Positions 46,077 through 55,935 of a DNA stretch of 61,575 nt are shown one piece after another. The stretch spans positions 1 through 61,575 of IMG/VR virus record IMGVR_UViG_3300027743_000031; one strand, given 5' to 3'. The translations under genes were made by a program, and so were the position numbers. Under the pieces are notes generated by a model. It saw only the letters and a list, made by a program, of their open reading frames with translations. It made no database searches and was not told where the DNA came from. The DNA is from a virus (lineage: Duplodnaviria; Caudoviricetes). Position 1 is the first letter of the stretch. Every line of letters begins with the position of its first letter.

Positions 46077-46346
46077 GTGAGTGACGTACCGAACCCGGAC
46101 TTTGGCGACCACGAACCAGAGGATGCCTGGGACCCCGGCGACCCCTTCCCGATCTTGGTCGACAACCTGTTCCGCCGTCTGGCGTTGCTGGACGGCGACA
46201 CGTCGCGACAGACGCGCCAGTCCTTGCTCGACATCATCGAGCATCGGCTGGCGCGCTACCGCCGTCTGCGCGACGCCTACGACGATCGAGACAAGCTGCG
46301 GATCGATCAGTTGGTCGAGGACCTGGACTTTCTGAGGAACCGCTGA
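46077..46346 (+). CDS. Hypothetical protein
   Basis: Stop overlaps the endolysin start (TGATG). Confidence 0.55.
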   Translation: MSDVPNPDFGDHEPEDAWDPGDPFPILVDNLFRRLALLDGDTSRQTRQSLLDIIEHRLARYRRLRDAYDDRDKLRIDQLVEDLDFLRNR

Positions 46347-47284
46347 TGGGCAGTCGCTACCTGACTGACATGGCCGACATCCTCCGCGGCGCGGGCTTGA
46401 CCGTGGTGGAGGAACCTGGATGGCAGACGCGAGCGCGCGGCTCGGGCGGCTACGACGGCAACCGCCCTTGGGTCATCATGTGGCACCACACCGCGAGCGA
46501 CACCAGCCCGGCGAACGATGTCTCGTACATCATCAACGCCGACGATGGCCCGCTGGCGAACCTGTACCTCGCCCGCTCGGGCACCGTGCATGTGATCGCG
46601 GCGGGCGCGACGAACACGAACGGCAAGGGCGGTCCGCTTGGCGGGTTCAGCCGCGGCACCGTCCCGCTCGACAGCATGAACACCTACGGCCTCGGCATCG
46701 AGGCGGCGAACAACGGTGTCGGCCAGCAGTGGCCGCAGGTGCAGATCGACTCGTACTTCAAGATCAACAACGCGCTCACCGCCGCCTACGGGCTGGCGTT
46801 CACAGACCTGTCGAGTCACGAGGGCTGGGCACCCGGTCGCAAGATCGACCCCGCTCAGGCAGGGGCGGTGCAAGGACCGTGGCGTCCCGCTTCGATCAAC
46901 AGCAGCCAGACGTGGCGCAACGACGACATTCGCAATGAGGCCGCTCGGCGGTCGATGCCAGGGCCACCACCAGACCCGGACCCGGAGGATGACATGAAGT
47001 GGAGCAGGCTACGGATCACCGAGGCAGGGGCGGTGTTCATGGGCATGAGCGACGGGCGCGTGTTCCCGCAGGCCGAGTGGGTGAACGGCGACGACCCCGA
47101 GCAGTTGGCGCGCTACCAGAACTACGAGCGCTTCGGGTTCGGTCACGACCTGGAACTCTCCTTCACCGACCTGAAGGGCGTGTGCTTGCTCGGGTCGGTG
47201 CCGGGGCGCGACGACAAGTTCGCTCAGGCCGGACTGACGTGGAGCAAGGACATGTTCGGCAAGGTCGTCGGTGAGGACAGGTGA
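46346..47284 (+). CDS. Endolysin, N-acetylmuramoyl-L-alanine amidase (Amidase_2)
   Basis: MWHHTAS, GIEAAN and HEGWAPGRKIDP Zn-amidase motifs. Confidence 0.9.
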   Translation: MGSRYLTDMADILRGAGLTVVEEPGWQTRARGSGGYDGNRPWVIMWHHTASDTSPANDVSYIINADDGPLANLYLARSGTVHVIAAGATNTNGKGGPLGGFSRGTVPLDSMNTYGLGIEAANNGVGQQWPQVQIDSYFKINNALTAAYGLAFTDLSSHEGWAPGRKIDPAQAGAVQGPWRPASINSSQTWRNDDIRNEAARRSMPGPPPDPDPEDDMKWSRLRITEAGAVFMGMSDGRVFPQAEWVNGDDPEQLARYQNYERFGFGHDLELSFTDLKGVCLLGSVPGRDDKFAQAGLTWSKDMFGKVVGEDR

Positions 47285-47616
47285 GCGCATCGACCATCTA
47301 CCAAGCGGCGAACGACCCGGCGCTGATCGAGCGCGTGACGGCCATCGCCCATCAGGTTCGGCTCACCGATGCGACCAAGGCCGACACCGACTTCGGCCGG
47401 TCACTGGTCGCGGCACCGCCGTTCTCGACCGCGCCCAGCGCCGTCATGCCGATCATGTTCCCGGTGGCGGTGGACAACGAGGCGGCGTATGAGAGCGCGG
47501 TGCTCGCACAGCGCGGCTGCCCTGGGTACGACAAGGACATCATCACCGACGCCAACTTGCAGGCGAGCGTGATCGCTCACTGGCCGATGCAGAACACGGT
47601 GCCCCCAACCCCGTGA
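47281..47616 (+). CDS. Hypothetical protein, paralogue of 50830..51129
   Basis: AYESA...PGYDKDIITDA versus AWESA...PGMNEAVITDG. Confidence 0.7.
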   Translation: MSASTIYQAANDPALIERVTAIAHQVRLTDATKADTDFGRSLVAAPPFSTAPSAVMPIMFPVAVDNEAAYESAVLAQRGCPGYDKDIITDANLQASVIAHWPMQNTVPPTP

Positions 47617-47647
47617 GATAGCATCGGGCGACTGAACAGGAGGGGAC

Positions 47648-48250
47648 GTGCCGGGATCGACCACGCTGCGCCACTACCCATACCCGGTCGACACGGACCC
47701 GATCGACGTCGCCGGGGACGTGCAGCGTCTGGCCGAGGCGGTAGACACCGACGTTGCTGCCGTCTCCACCGTTGCCAACAACGCAACGACGCTCGCTCAG
47801 CAGGCCCAGGCTCGCGCCGACCAGGCGAACGCGGCGGCGGCCAACGCACTGGCCACAGCCAACTCAGCCGTCAGCCAAGCGCAGGCGGCGCAGACCACGG
47901 CCAACAACGCGTCGAACGCAGCCAACACCGCCAACGGCGCGATCGCGGGTATCCAGGCTCAGCTTGCCCGCAACCTTCCCTACGGCGAGCTCGGCGGGCT
48001 GCCCAACATCACGTCGAACGCGAGCGGCGATGCCCGCGTCACATTCCCCCGCGCGTACTCGTCCATCCCAGGTGTGGCGGTGGTCTGCTACAACGAGGCC
48101 AACGTGCAGCCGGTCATCCACTCGGTGGACACCACGGGGTTCAGCGTGCGGCTCCACTTCGCGGCCGACAACGACAACCCGAACACGCCGTGGCAGGGCA
48201 CCACCGGCCTCGGTTGGGTCTCATCAGGAGCACAGTTGGTAGCACCATGA
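47648..48250 (+). CDS. Fibre-like minor virion protein (alanine-zipper stalk, lectin-like tip)
   Basis: YPYP...DVQRLAEAVD; Ala/Asn coiled coil; VTFPRAYSSIP...TTGFSVR. Confidence 0.6.
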   Translation: MPGSTTLRHYPYPVDTDPIDVAGDVQRLAEAVDTDVAAVSTVANNATTLAQQAQARADQANAAAANALATANSAVSQAQAAQTTANNASNAANTANGAIAGIQAQLARNLPYGELGGLPNITSNASGDARVTFPRAYSSIPGVAVVCYNEANVQPVIHSVDTTGFSVRLHFAADNDNPNTPWQGTTGLGWVSSGAQLVAP

Positions 48251-48447
48251 ACGGTCACGACTACATCTGCCAGAACGCGGCGTGCCCCGAGAACGGGATC
48301 AAGAAGCCGTCGTTCTCGCCCATCATCGGTGATGTCATCTGCGGCATGTGCGGGGAACTGTGCATCGACAATGGCCTCACCACGGAGACGTTCGGCGTCA
48401 CGATCCCTCCGCCCACGCCCCTCTTCATCCCACCTCCGGGGCCGTAG
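48247..48447 (+). CDS. Small Cys-rich protein
   Basis: CQNAACPENG...CGMCG. Confidence 0.6.
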   Translation: MNGHDYICQNAACPENGIKKPSFSPIIGDVICGMCGELCIDNGLTTETFGVTIPPPTPLFIPPPGP

Positions 48448-48450
48448 CTC

Positions 48451-49695
48451 ATGGCCCGCTGTCGCTGCCAAGAGGTCGAGTGCGCCTGCCGTATCACGAA
48501 CGGCGAGAACATCTCGATCACCGGAGACGGAACGTCGCTGAGTCCGTGGGTCATCACGGGCCTCCCGGCGACCACCGGCACGCTGCAAGTCGCGGACACG
48601 CCCTCGCTCATGCTGCTGCTGGCGGGCAACGGATCAACCACGTCGCCCTACGTCATCTCGGGTGAAGCGCAGATCGGTGGCGTGCTCACGGTCGAGGACA
48701 CAGCGTCCGTCGATCTGGAGTTGACGGGTGGTGGCAGCACAGCGTCGCCCATGCTGTTGAAGGCCAACGTCGCCTTCGTTGATCTGCTCGCGCCGGGCAA
48801 CGAAGGTGACGTGCTCACGCTGCGCGTCGATGGCAAGTACGTCCCCGCGCCGGTCAGCGCCGCGCCGGGAACGATCTTCGCGGAGGGTGGCATTGCCGGT
48901 GACGGCAGCTTCGCGGACCCGCTGCACATCGAGCCGCAGGTCTATCCGTCAATGGCGGCGCTCGATGCCTCGCTGTTGGACGACGGATCGCTGGCGACGG
49001 TGGCGGGGCTGGGGCTGTTCATCAAAGGCACGGACGGCATCTGGCGCGCGGTGGACAATCCTGCGGGAACGATCCAGGCGACGATCGCCACGGTGGCCGA
49101 CCCCGGCTGGGCGCTGATGGACGGGCAGACACTGCTCAACGCACAGACGTTGTACCCGCGGCTGTGGGCGCTGGCCCCGGCATCGTGGAAGGCAGGGGCC
49201 AACATCACCCTGCCGACGATGACCAACCGCATCCCGATGGGGTTCGGCACGACGGCGCTCGGATCGATCGGCGGCGCGAACGCGCTGACGCTCGCCCTCG
49301 CGATGCTGCCCGCACACAGTCACGCCATCGACCACGACCACCCCCCGGTGTCCACGGGCTTCGTCAGCAACGACCACCAGCACGACTACAGCGGCGTGAC
49401 GGGCACCGAGAACCAGCAGCACGTCCACAACCTCGCGGGTGGCGGTGCGCCGTTCACCAACGCCGTGCCCGGAGCGTCACCGATCATCGTCGGTCAGGCG
49501 GACGGCTTCACCGGCCCCGAGCAGCAGAACCACACTCACAACTTCTCGGGACGCACGGGCGGCATCACGGCGAACCACAACCACTCGGTCGATCTGCCCC
49601 CGTTTGCCGGGGCGTCGGGTCAGGCTGGTGGCGGTCAGCAGGTGAGCGTCGTGCAGTCACACCTCGCCGTCAACTGGCAGATCCGCACCTACTGA
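48451..49695 (+). CDS. Tail fibre protein with collar domain and His-rich tip
   Basis: PGWALMDGQ...YPRL...LPTM collar; repeated HxH motifs. Confidence 0.75.
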   Translation: MARCRCQEVECACRITNGENISITGDGTSLSPWVITGLPATTGTLQVADTPSLMLLLAGNGSTTSPYVISGEAQIGGVLTVEDTASVDLELTGGGSTASPMLLKANVAFVDLLAPGNEGDVLTLRVDGKYVPAPVSAAPGTIFAEGGIAGDGSFADPLHIEPQVYPSMAALDASLLDDGSLATVAGLGLFIKGTDGIWRAVDNPAGTIQATIATVADPGWALMDGQTLLNAQTLYPRLWALAPASWKAGANITLPTMTNRIPMGFGTTALGSIGGANALTLALAMLPAHSHAIDHDHPPVSTGFVSNDHQHDYSGVTGTENQQHVHNLAGGGAPFTNAVPGASPIIVGQADGFTGPEQQNHTHNFSGRTGGITANHNHSVDLPPFAGASGQAGGGQQVSVVQSHLAVNWQIRTY

Positions 49696-49838
49696 CGCCA
49701 CTTGCGGACGTGGTGGATGAACAGCGCGCAGAACGCAAGTGACGCGAGCGCGAGTGCGGCGATGACGACGTAGGGGCCGAGCAGGTCCACGCCGTAGCGA
49801 ATGACACCGCCGTCCCATCCGCCGCCCATCGGGCGAAT

Positions 49839-50030
49839 CTACAAGACGAACCAGGCGAGGGCGAACAGCGTCAGGGCCAGCTTCCACGAGCACTCACAGA
49901 CGAGCATCACTCCGCGCGTCGTCTCGCGTACCAGCACGCAGCACAGGAACGAGATCAGGAAGAGGATGGACGCGAGCAAGAACAGGAAGTCAGCCAGGTC
50001 GATGTGACCCTCTGAAATCTGAGCGAGCAT
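49839..50030 (-). CDS. Small membrane protein (holin candidate)
   Basis: Two hydrophobic segments. Confidence 0.5.
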   Translation of the reverse strand: MLAQISEGHIDLADFLFLLASILFLISFLCCVLVRETTRGVMLVCECSWKLALTLFALAWFVL

Positions 50031-50039
50031 GCGCGAACC

Positions 50040-50570
50040 CTACTGCTGGATGCAGACCCACAATGTCACCTGGCCACCGGGGGAGTTCAGCGTCAGCTTC
50101 TCGGAGGCGAATCCGGGAGGACACGATGACCCGTCACGCCCTGGTGGTCCGGCTGGACCGGGCGGGCCTTGCTCCCCGGTCGGACCAGGGGGGCCGGGTG
50201 GACCAGCCGGTCCCACGTCACCGGGCGGGCCGGTAGCGCCGGGTGCTCCCGTCGCGCCGGTAGCGCCCCTCTGCCCCTCTCTGCCGCTGGTTCCAGGCGG
50301 GCCGGTACTACCGGCCGCGCCGGGCGGTCCCTGAGCGCCAGGGAGCCCTGTAGCGCCTTGCGGTCCTGGCACACCGTCCGCGCCGTCTGCCCCTGGCGGG
50401 CCGGGAGGACCGGCTGGCCCCGGTGGACCGGGTGGACCTTGCTCAGGGACCGTCACCACCGTCGTGACCGTTGTCGGGGTCTGCCCCTCGACGGCGGCGT
50501 TTGCGACGAAAGCGAGGGTGGCCACCGCCAGCGTCAGCGCCACCAGGAAGCAGACTCCGGCCTTCCACAT
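50040..50570 (-). CDS. Membrane-anchored collagen-like protein
   Basis: N-terminal TM segment; long Gly-X-Y repeat. Confidence 0.8.
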   Translation of the reverse strand: MWKAGVCFLVALTLAVATLAFVANAAVEGQTPTTVTTVVTVPEQGPPGPPGPAGPPGPPGADGADGVPGPQGATGLPGAQGPPGAAGSTGPPGTSGREGQRGATGATGAPGATGPPGDVGPAGPPGPPGPTGEQGPPGPAGPPGRDGSSCPPGFASEKLTLNSPGGQVTLWVCIQQ

Positions 50571-50829
50571 CGGAGTACTCAGCCAGCGCGGGCGGGTCGG
50601 GGGAGGGAATCCCGTGATCCGCCAAGATCTGCCTGAGCACGAATACGTACTGCCGCCAAGCGATTGCCTCGTTCTGCTGGTCGAGCACGACGTGCTCCAT
50701 GTTGCTGATGATCCTCAGCGCGTCCTTGCGCTCCTTGCGCCGGACTTCCCGAATTGCGAGTGCCACGCCCGCTGTGGCGAAGAGGATCGCGCCGACGCCC
50801 GTGATCCAGGCTACGAGTTGGTCGTCCAC
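50443..50829 (-). CDS. Membrane protein (lysis-cassette type)
   Basis: N-terminal TM, coiled coil, [12 protein letters not shown]. Confidence 0.6.
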   Translation of the reverse strand: MDDQLVAWITGVGAILFATAGVALAIREVRRKERKDALRIISNMEHVVLDQQNEAIAWRQYVFVLRQILADHGIPSPDPPALAEYSDVEGRSLLPGGADAGGGHPRFRRKRRRRGADPDNGHDGGDGP

Positions 50830-51129
50830 TCACGGGGGCGGCGGACCGGGAGGCAGGGGGTCTCCCCCCGCGGGGGCGTTCATCGCCTGGATCTGGCTGA
50901 GGATCATGCCGTCCGTGATGACGGCCTCGTTCATGCCGGGGTCGGCGTCCGGGTCTGTTGCCAGTGCGGACTCCCAGGCGTCATCCCAGCCGGGAGCCGC
51001 GGCCCACTTGCGGCGGTTGAGGAAGGTCCAGTTGTCGCCGTCAGCCATGCCCTCCTCGGTGGCAGCTTGGGCGATGCGCTGCTGCATCGCCTGGTTGCTG
51101 GCGATGGTCGATTGGGTGAGGTAGCTCAT
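50830..51129 (-). CDS. Hypothetical tail-associated protein
   Basis: AGGAG RBS; paralogue of 47281..47616. Confidence 0.7.
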   Translation of the reverse strand: MSYLTQSTIASNQAMQQRIAQAATEEGMADGDNWTFLNRRKWAAAPGWDDAWESALATDPDADPGMNEAVITDGMILSQIQAMNAPAGGDPLPPGPPPP

Positions 51130-51136
51130 GGCGCTC

Positions 51137-52363
51137 CTATGCGGTCGTGGAGAAGGTGATCATGCCGAGGCCCATGTCCGTGTTGGCCGAGAGTCCGGAG
51201 ATGTTGAGGGTGCCGTCGATGCCGACGTAGCCAACGAGCGCACCCGTTGGGGTCGTGCGGTTGGCAATGGCGAAGTTGACGACCCCTGGTGGACGAAAGC
51301 CCACAGGCAGGACGGCCACGGGGTTGCCACCGGGCATCGTGAAGCGAAGCTCGCCCCGGATCTGCACGATGTCACCGATCTTGCGGTACTGCAACGACTG
51401 CGACGTGCCGCCGATGTTCGACCACGGCGCAGCCAATCCCACCGCCGTCCACGCTGGCGGCGTGTCGGGAATCGGCGCGGCGGGCGTCATGTTCGGCCCG
51501 ATGTCCTCGATGTAGAAGTGGCTGACGTTGGGCTGGTCGGTCCAGATTTGGGCGCTGCCGTTCGATGATGCCGTCACCTTGTACGTGGACGCCACGCCAT
51601 TGCCGTCGAAGATCGCTTCCAGGTTGATCTCGTCGTAGGTGCCGTTCATCACGCGGTACACGTCGTTCGTCGTGATCGGCCCACCCGAGGCGCGGAGGTA
51701 GATGTAGACCGCGCTGCCTGTCGCGGCACGGCAGCGGCAGACGAGTCGGTAGCGACGGCCGATCTGCGCCGTGAACGCCAGTGGCTGTGTCACGTCGATG
51801 GTGTTGGAGGCGATCGCTGCACCGCCAATGTTCGTCATCGCGCCCATGGCCACGATGCCGAGCGGCTGCATCGGTGACACGGGGATCGGTGCCGAGCCGA
51901 GCGGGGAGGACGTGTTGGGGCCGACATCCTCGATGATGAAGAAGCTCGTCAGTTCGGCGTAGAACTCGATGTTGGCCGCGGTCGGGCTGACGCAGCCGAG
52001 GAAGTTGCGGTTGACCCCATCGCCGTCGATCAGGAACTGCGTCAGCAGCGCGCCGAACCCACCGCCCGTCATGAACCAGACATCGGAGATGGCAGCCGCG
52101 CCCACCGATCCGTCGCGAATGGAGACGCTCACCTGTGTCGCTCCGCGTGTCGCTCGGAGCATCAGCGTGATGCGGTAGCGCCGTCCAACCAACGGCGTGA
52201 AGTTCAGTGGCTGCGTGACGGCCGTGACCACGCCCGCGGCGGGGACGACCATCACGCCGACCATCGTGCCTTTGGCGACGACGCCGAACGATTGCAACGG
52301 CGAAGGCCCCGAGCCGAGGATGTCCACCCACTGACCGCCGACGCGTGCTCGTAGCTGTCCCAT
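51137..52363 (-). CDS. Minor tail / receptor-binding protein with internal domain duplication
   Basis: VTQPL.FT...GRRYR...IED.GPN occurs twice; C-terminal QYRKIGD...LPVGFRP. Confidence 0.7.
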   Translation of the reverse strand: MGQLRARVGGQWVDILGSGPSPLQSFGVVAKGTMVGVMVVPAAGVVTAVTQPLNFTPLVGRRYRITLMLRATRGATQVSVSIRDGSVGAAAISDVWFMTGGGFGALLTQFLIDGDGVNRNFLGCVSPTAANIEFYAELTSFFIIEDVGPNTSSPLGSAPIPVSPMQPLGIVAMGAMTNIGGAAIASNTIDVTQPLAFTAQIGRRYRLVCRCRAATGSAVYIYLRASGGPITTNDVYRVMNGTYDEINLEAIFDGNGVASTYKVTASSNGSAQIWTDQPNVSHFYIEDIGPNMTPAAPIPDTPPAWTAVGLAAPWSNIGGTSQSLQYRKIGDIVQIRGELRFTMPGGNPVAVLPVGFRPPGVVNFAIANRTTPTGALVGYVGIDGTLNISGLSANTDMGLGMITFSTTA

Positions 52364-53040
52364 CAGGTGTACCTCGATGCCATCTGGTAGCGCCCACTGA
52401 TCTCGGTCGCGTCACCCGCGCCCCACGTGAACGGTGCCGTGGCACTGGTCGTCGCGCCCTCGTTGCGGATCGCTCCGGGCAGGTCGGCGCGGGCGAAGTA
52501 CAACGTCATTGCCCCGCTCGTCGCGGGGTCGTGCAGACCGGCGTGCCGCCAGCCGCCCGAGTCGACGAAGGCGACGTTCAACTCGTTGGTCGACAGCCGC
52601 TGCGCTGGGAACGTCAGGGTGTGCGTGAGTGCGCCGACCGTGAACCCCGACGAGCCGAGGGTGAATCCGGCCTTCCAGTCGCAGTAGCCGTCTTGGCGGT
52701 GGTAGCTGCTGGGTGCCGTGCCGCCTGTGCCGAGCGTGACGCCACCGAACACGGCGCTGCCCGACTGCGTTGGCTCGGCCATGACGATCCAGCCGGTGCC
52801 GTCGTAGAACCATTCGCGCTTGGTGTCGGTGGCGAAGAAGCTCATCGGCTGGCCGGGCGCGGCGGGCTTGTTCGCCTCTAAGCCGAACGACGGTTGGTCA
52901 CGCCCCGGCGCGTCGGTGTCGTACCAAAGCTCGGTCATGGGGAACGTGCCGATCGGGTCGTCGGGGCCGATGAACACCTCATCGCTGGTGCCCGAGATCG
53001 GCACCCATGCCCCTCCCACGCGTGCGAACAGAACGCCCAT
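52363..53040 (-). CDS. Minor tail / receptor-binding protein
   Basis: Shared N-terminal docking-like motif; TGATG coupling. Confidence 0.7.
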   Translation of the reverse strand: MGVLFARVGGAWVPISGTSDEVFIGPDDPIGTFPMTELWYDTDAPGRDQPSFGLEANKPAAPGQPMSFFATDTKREWFYDGTGWIVMAEPTQSGSAVFGGVTLGTGGTAPSSYHRQDGYCDWKAGFTLGSSGFTVGALTHTLTFPAQRLSTNELNVAFVDSGGWRHAGLHDPATSGAMTLYFARADLPGAIRNEGATTSATAPFTWGAGDATEISGRYQMASRYT

Positions 53041-53747
53041 CAGGCAGCCACCCTTTCACCGAACAGGACGAACGAGCCACCGAAGAACGTCGGGCCTCCC
53101 GTGACGCCGTTCCACCTCGTGATCCAGCCAGGACCGGCGACGTTGGCAGCGATCGGCTGCGCGGCGGCCAGAGCGCCCATCACCGTCCAGCCCGCTCCCG
53201 CCGAAGGAATCGTCGGGGTGGTGTCGTAGATGCGACCACCACCGGGAGGAGTCGGTGCGGCGTAGCTGTTGGTGTAGATCAGCACGCCGAGGTTGAACTG
53301 TCGGTCGGGCTTCATGTAGATGCCGCTCATCTCGACGCGCGACACCGTGGCGAAGGGGAACGTCGAGCCGCTGTCATCCCACAGCGTCACGTCGAGCGAG
53401 CCGTTCATCGTGGAGTTGGGGAACTCGACCAGCGCCGAGGTCTGGACCAGCACCGTGCCGCGCGGCACGATCCACGTCGTGCCGTTGTAGACGGCCATCA
53501 CGTTCCACTGCGTCACCCACGCTTGCGACCCGGCGATCGGCGGCGTTGAGGCGAGCAGCGCGGCCCACGTCGCGTAGACCGGCAGCGAGCCTCCCTGTGA
53601 CGGCGCTCCCGTGGCGTCGGTGTCGTACCACAACTCCGTCGAGGGGATCGTGGTGATCGGATCGTCCGCGCCGATGAACACTTCGTCGGAACCGGAGCCG
53701 ACGACATCGACCCACGTCCCGCCGACGTTGACGCGCAGCACGCCCAT
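53040..53747 (-). CDS. Minor tail / receptor-binding protein
   Basis: Shared N-terminal docking-like motif. Confidence 0.7.
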   Translation of the reverse strand: MGVLRVNVGGTWVDVVGSGSDEVFIGADDPITTIPSTELWYDTDATGAPSQGGSLPVYATWAALLASTPPIAGSQAWVTQWNVMAVYNGTTWIVPRGTVLVQTSALVEFPNSTMNGSLDVTLWDDSGSTFPFATVSRVEMSGIYMKPDRQFNLGVLIYTNSYAAPTPPGGGRIYDTTPTIPSAGAGWTVMGALAAAQPIAANVAGPGWITRWNGVTGGPTFFGGSFVLFGERVAA

Positions 53748-54601
53748 CAGAAACCCGGCCCGACGTACTGCCCGCCGAAGAAGTTGATGTTCACGTTGCC
53801 GTTGAGGTTCAGCGCCACGCCTGCATTGTGGAACACGCTGCAGAAGACGGTCTCGCCCACGGCCAACTCGATCTCTGCCGATGTCGAGATCGTTGTGCCG
53901 AAGGCCCCGCCATTCGTCACCATGTCCACCTCACCGAAGCGACGGTTGCCAGCCGGATAGTCGAGCCAGAGCGAACGGATGCCGGTGGCATTGGCAGCGA
54001 AGCTGACGCAGGCGTCGAAGCGCCACCGACCGGCGAGTCCAGCCGGGATGACGATGCCCCCTGCATTGGGCGCGTGCAGCCCATCGGTGTCGATGAGTTC
54101 CTGATCCCACGTCACCGTCGTCACCGCCCCCGTCGCGGCCGAGGGGCCAGCGATCGAGTTGCGGAGTTGGAAGCGCGGCATCCCGCCAGCGACGATCACC
54201 CACTTGTTCACGACCCACATGAACAGTCGGAAGGTGTTGGCAACCGACGCAAGTTGCCCGTTCGATCCCGTCACCGCGTTGAGCGCGGCCGTGTTCGGGT
54301 AGATCTGGAACAGCGGGCTCGGCGTCGGTGGGGCGGGCGCATCTGTGTCGTACCAGAGCTCCGTCTGCGGGTCAGTCGGCAGTGGATCGTTGGGTCCGAC
54401 GAACACCTCGTTGGGCGCGACCGCGCCGACTGTCACCCACGCCCCGCCGACGAACGCCTTGGTGGTCGGCGGGTTGGTGGACGTGTCGATCCACATCGTC
54501 TCGTTGCCGCTGGGTGTGGTGCTGCCGATGAACACTTCCGGGGGCGTGGCGAAGTTGATCGGCGTCCAGACGTTGGCGATCTTGGCGTAGAGCACGGGCA
54601 T
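53747..54601 (-). CDS. Minor tail protein with C1q-like C-terminal domain
   Basis: Two motif copies; DTDGLH...IPAGLAGRW...LAVGETV beta-sandwich pattern. Confidence 0.7.
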   Translation of the reverse strand: MPVLYAKIANVWTPINFATPPEVFIGSTTPSGNETMWIDTSTNPPTTKAFVGGAWVTVGAVAPNEVFVGPNDPLPTDPQTELWYDTDAPAPPTPSPLFQIYPNTAALNAVTGSNGQLASVANTFRLFMWVVNKWVIVAGGMPRFQLRNSIAGPSAATGAVTTVTWDQELIDTDGLHAPNAGGIVIPAGLAGRWRFDACVSFAANATGIRSLWLDYPAGNRRFGEVDMVTNGGAFGTTISTSAEIELAVGETVFCSVFHNAGVALNLNGNVNINFFGGQYVGPGF

Positions 54602-55935
54602 CAGGCGACCCCCGTGAAGATGATGTAGTTGACCGCGACCGAGGGCTGCACGTTGGCGTGCGCCGTCCCCGATCCAACGCTGTCGGTGTTGCCGTTGATC
54701 GGGTGTGCGTGGCGCGCGTTCGCGCCGCCCGTGTTGAAGGCGTGCAGGTGATCAGGCGATGGGTTGGCGTCGGTCGTGATCGCATTGCCGGGAACACCAC
54801 TGCCCGGCGCGGTGGCGATGTTCGACCCACCGCCCGACAGCCGCTGAGCCACGAAGTACGAGTTGCCGCCATCGACGTAGTGCAGGTGGTTCATCGTGCG
54901 GTCGGCCGCGCCGGTCGTGCCGCCGTGGGCGTGGTCCGGCGTGTCGTTGCCCGACCAGACGTTGACCGGGTGGGTGTGCGCGGCCATGTTGGCGAGCGTC
55001 AGCGTCACCGTCTCCGCACCGAACTTCGTGCCGAGCACGCGGTTGGTCAGGCCCGCTCCTTGCCCCGCGCCGACCGGCGCGACGCCGCGCATGTCTGGCA
55101 GGGCGAACGTCGTGCTGCCGTCACCCGCTCCCCACGTGGTGCCGATCGCGGCGAACAACCCGGCGTAGGTGGTGCGCGATCGCAGCGATCCGTCGCAGAC
55201 GAGATACATCGGCGGCACGACCGCACCGGGCCACATCTTCATCTCGCCAACGAGCGTGCCCGCGCCGGTCGGGGGCGGAATCGGGTTGGCGTCCGTGTCC
55301 ACCCACAGTTCGTAGGTGTTGGCGGTGCCGGGGTCGTTGGCCTGGATGATGACCTCATCGATCCCACCGCCGCCACCCCCACTCCCCGCGGGAACCCACG
55401 CCCCGCCGACACGCGCGTAGAGCGTGGGTGGCACGGCGTCCGTGTCGAACCACAGTTCGTAGGTGCCACCCGGATCAGCCGGTCCGATGAACACCTCGTT
55501 CTCGATCGGCTGGTTGATCCACTTCGTGTCGAAGTCAGCGGTACTGGCCTTGGCGAGGATCTGATCTTGCAATCCTCCAGGGGCAACCCCCGGTCCCGCT
55601 GGACCCGCTGGACCGGCAGGCCCCTCGGGACCGGGTGGCCCCTGTGACCCACCGCCGCCGCCGATGGGCGACTGCGAGCCGGTGGGTGGGATGGGATGGC
55701 TGACCCAACAGTTGGGAGGCTCGTTGCGCCACAGGACCATGTTCTCCAGGTCGAGGTACGTGACGCCGGGAGGCGTGTCGAGGCAGTTGGGCAGCGCTTC
55801 GTCGTTGGGCACCGTGCCGTAGGCGAAGGCCGGTGAGTACATGAGCTCGGGCTTTCGCTCGACACGGCGCAGGCGGACGTTGACGTCGGTGAGGAAGCCG
55901 CTGAGGTCTTCTTGCTTGGTGACGTCGTTCGCCAT
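54601..55935 (-). CDS. Tail fibre protein (collagen segment, collar domain, His-rich tip)
   Basis: YLVCDGS...YAGLFAAIGTTWGAGDGSTTFALPDMRG collar signature. Confidence 0.85.
   Translation of the reverse strand: MANDVTKQEDLSGFLTDVNVRLRRVERKPELMYSPAFAYGTVPNDEALPNCLDTPPGVTYLDLENMVLWRNEPPNCWVSHPIPPTGSQSPIGGGGGSQGPPGPEGPAGPAGPAGPGVAPGGLQDQILAKASTADFDTKWINQPIENEVFIGPADPGGTYELWFDTDAVPPTLYARVGGAWVPAGSGGGGGGIDEVIIQANDPGTANTYELWVDTDANPIPPPTGAGTLVGEMKMWPGAVVPPMYLVCDGSLRSRTTYAGLFAAIGTTWGAGDGSTTFALPDMRGVAPVGAGQGAGLTNRVLGTKFGAETVTLTLANMAAHTHPVNVWSGNDTPDHAHGGTTGAADRTMNHLHYVDGGNSYFVAQRLSGGGSNIATAPGSGVPGNAITTDANPSPDHLHAFNTGGANARHAHPINGNTDSVGSGTAHANVQPSVAVNYIIFTGVA

Noticed and set aside
50090-50440. Tandem GC-rich repeats
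   Set aside because: Explained by the collagen Gly-X-Y coding sequence.
51137-55935. Diversity-generating retroelement acting on tail-tip genes
   Set aside because: No reverse transcriptase and no template/variable repeat pair differing at adenines was seen.
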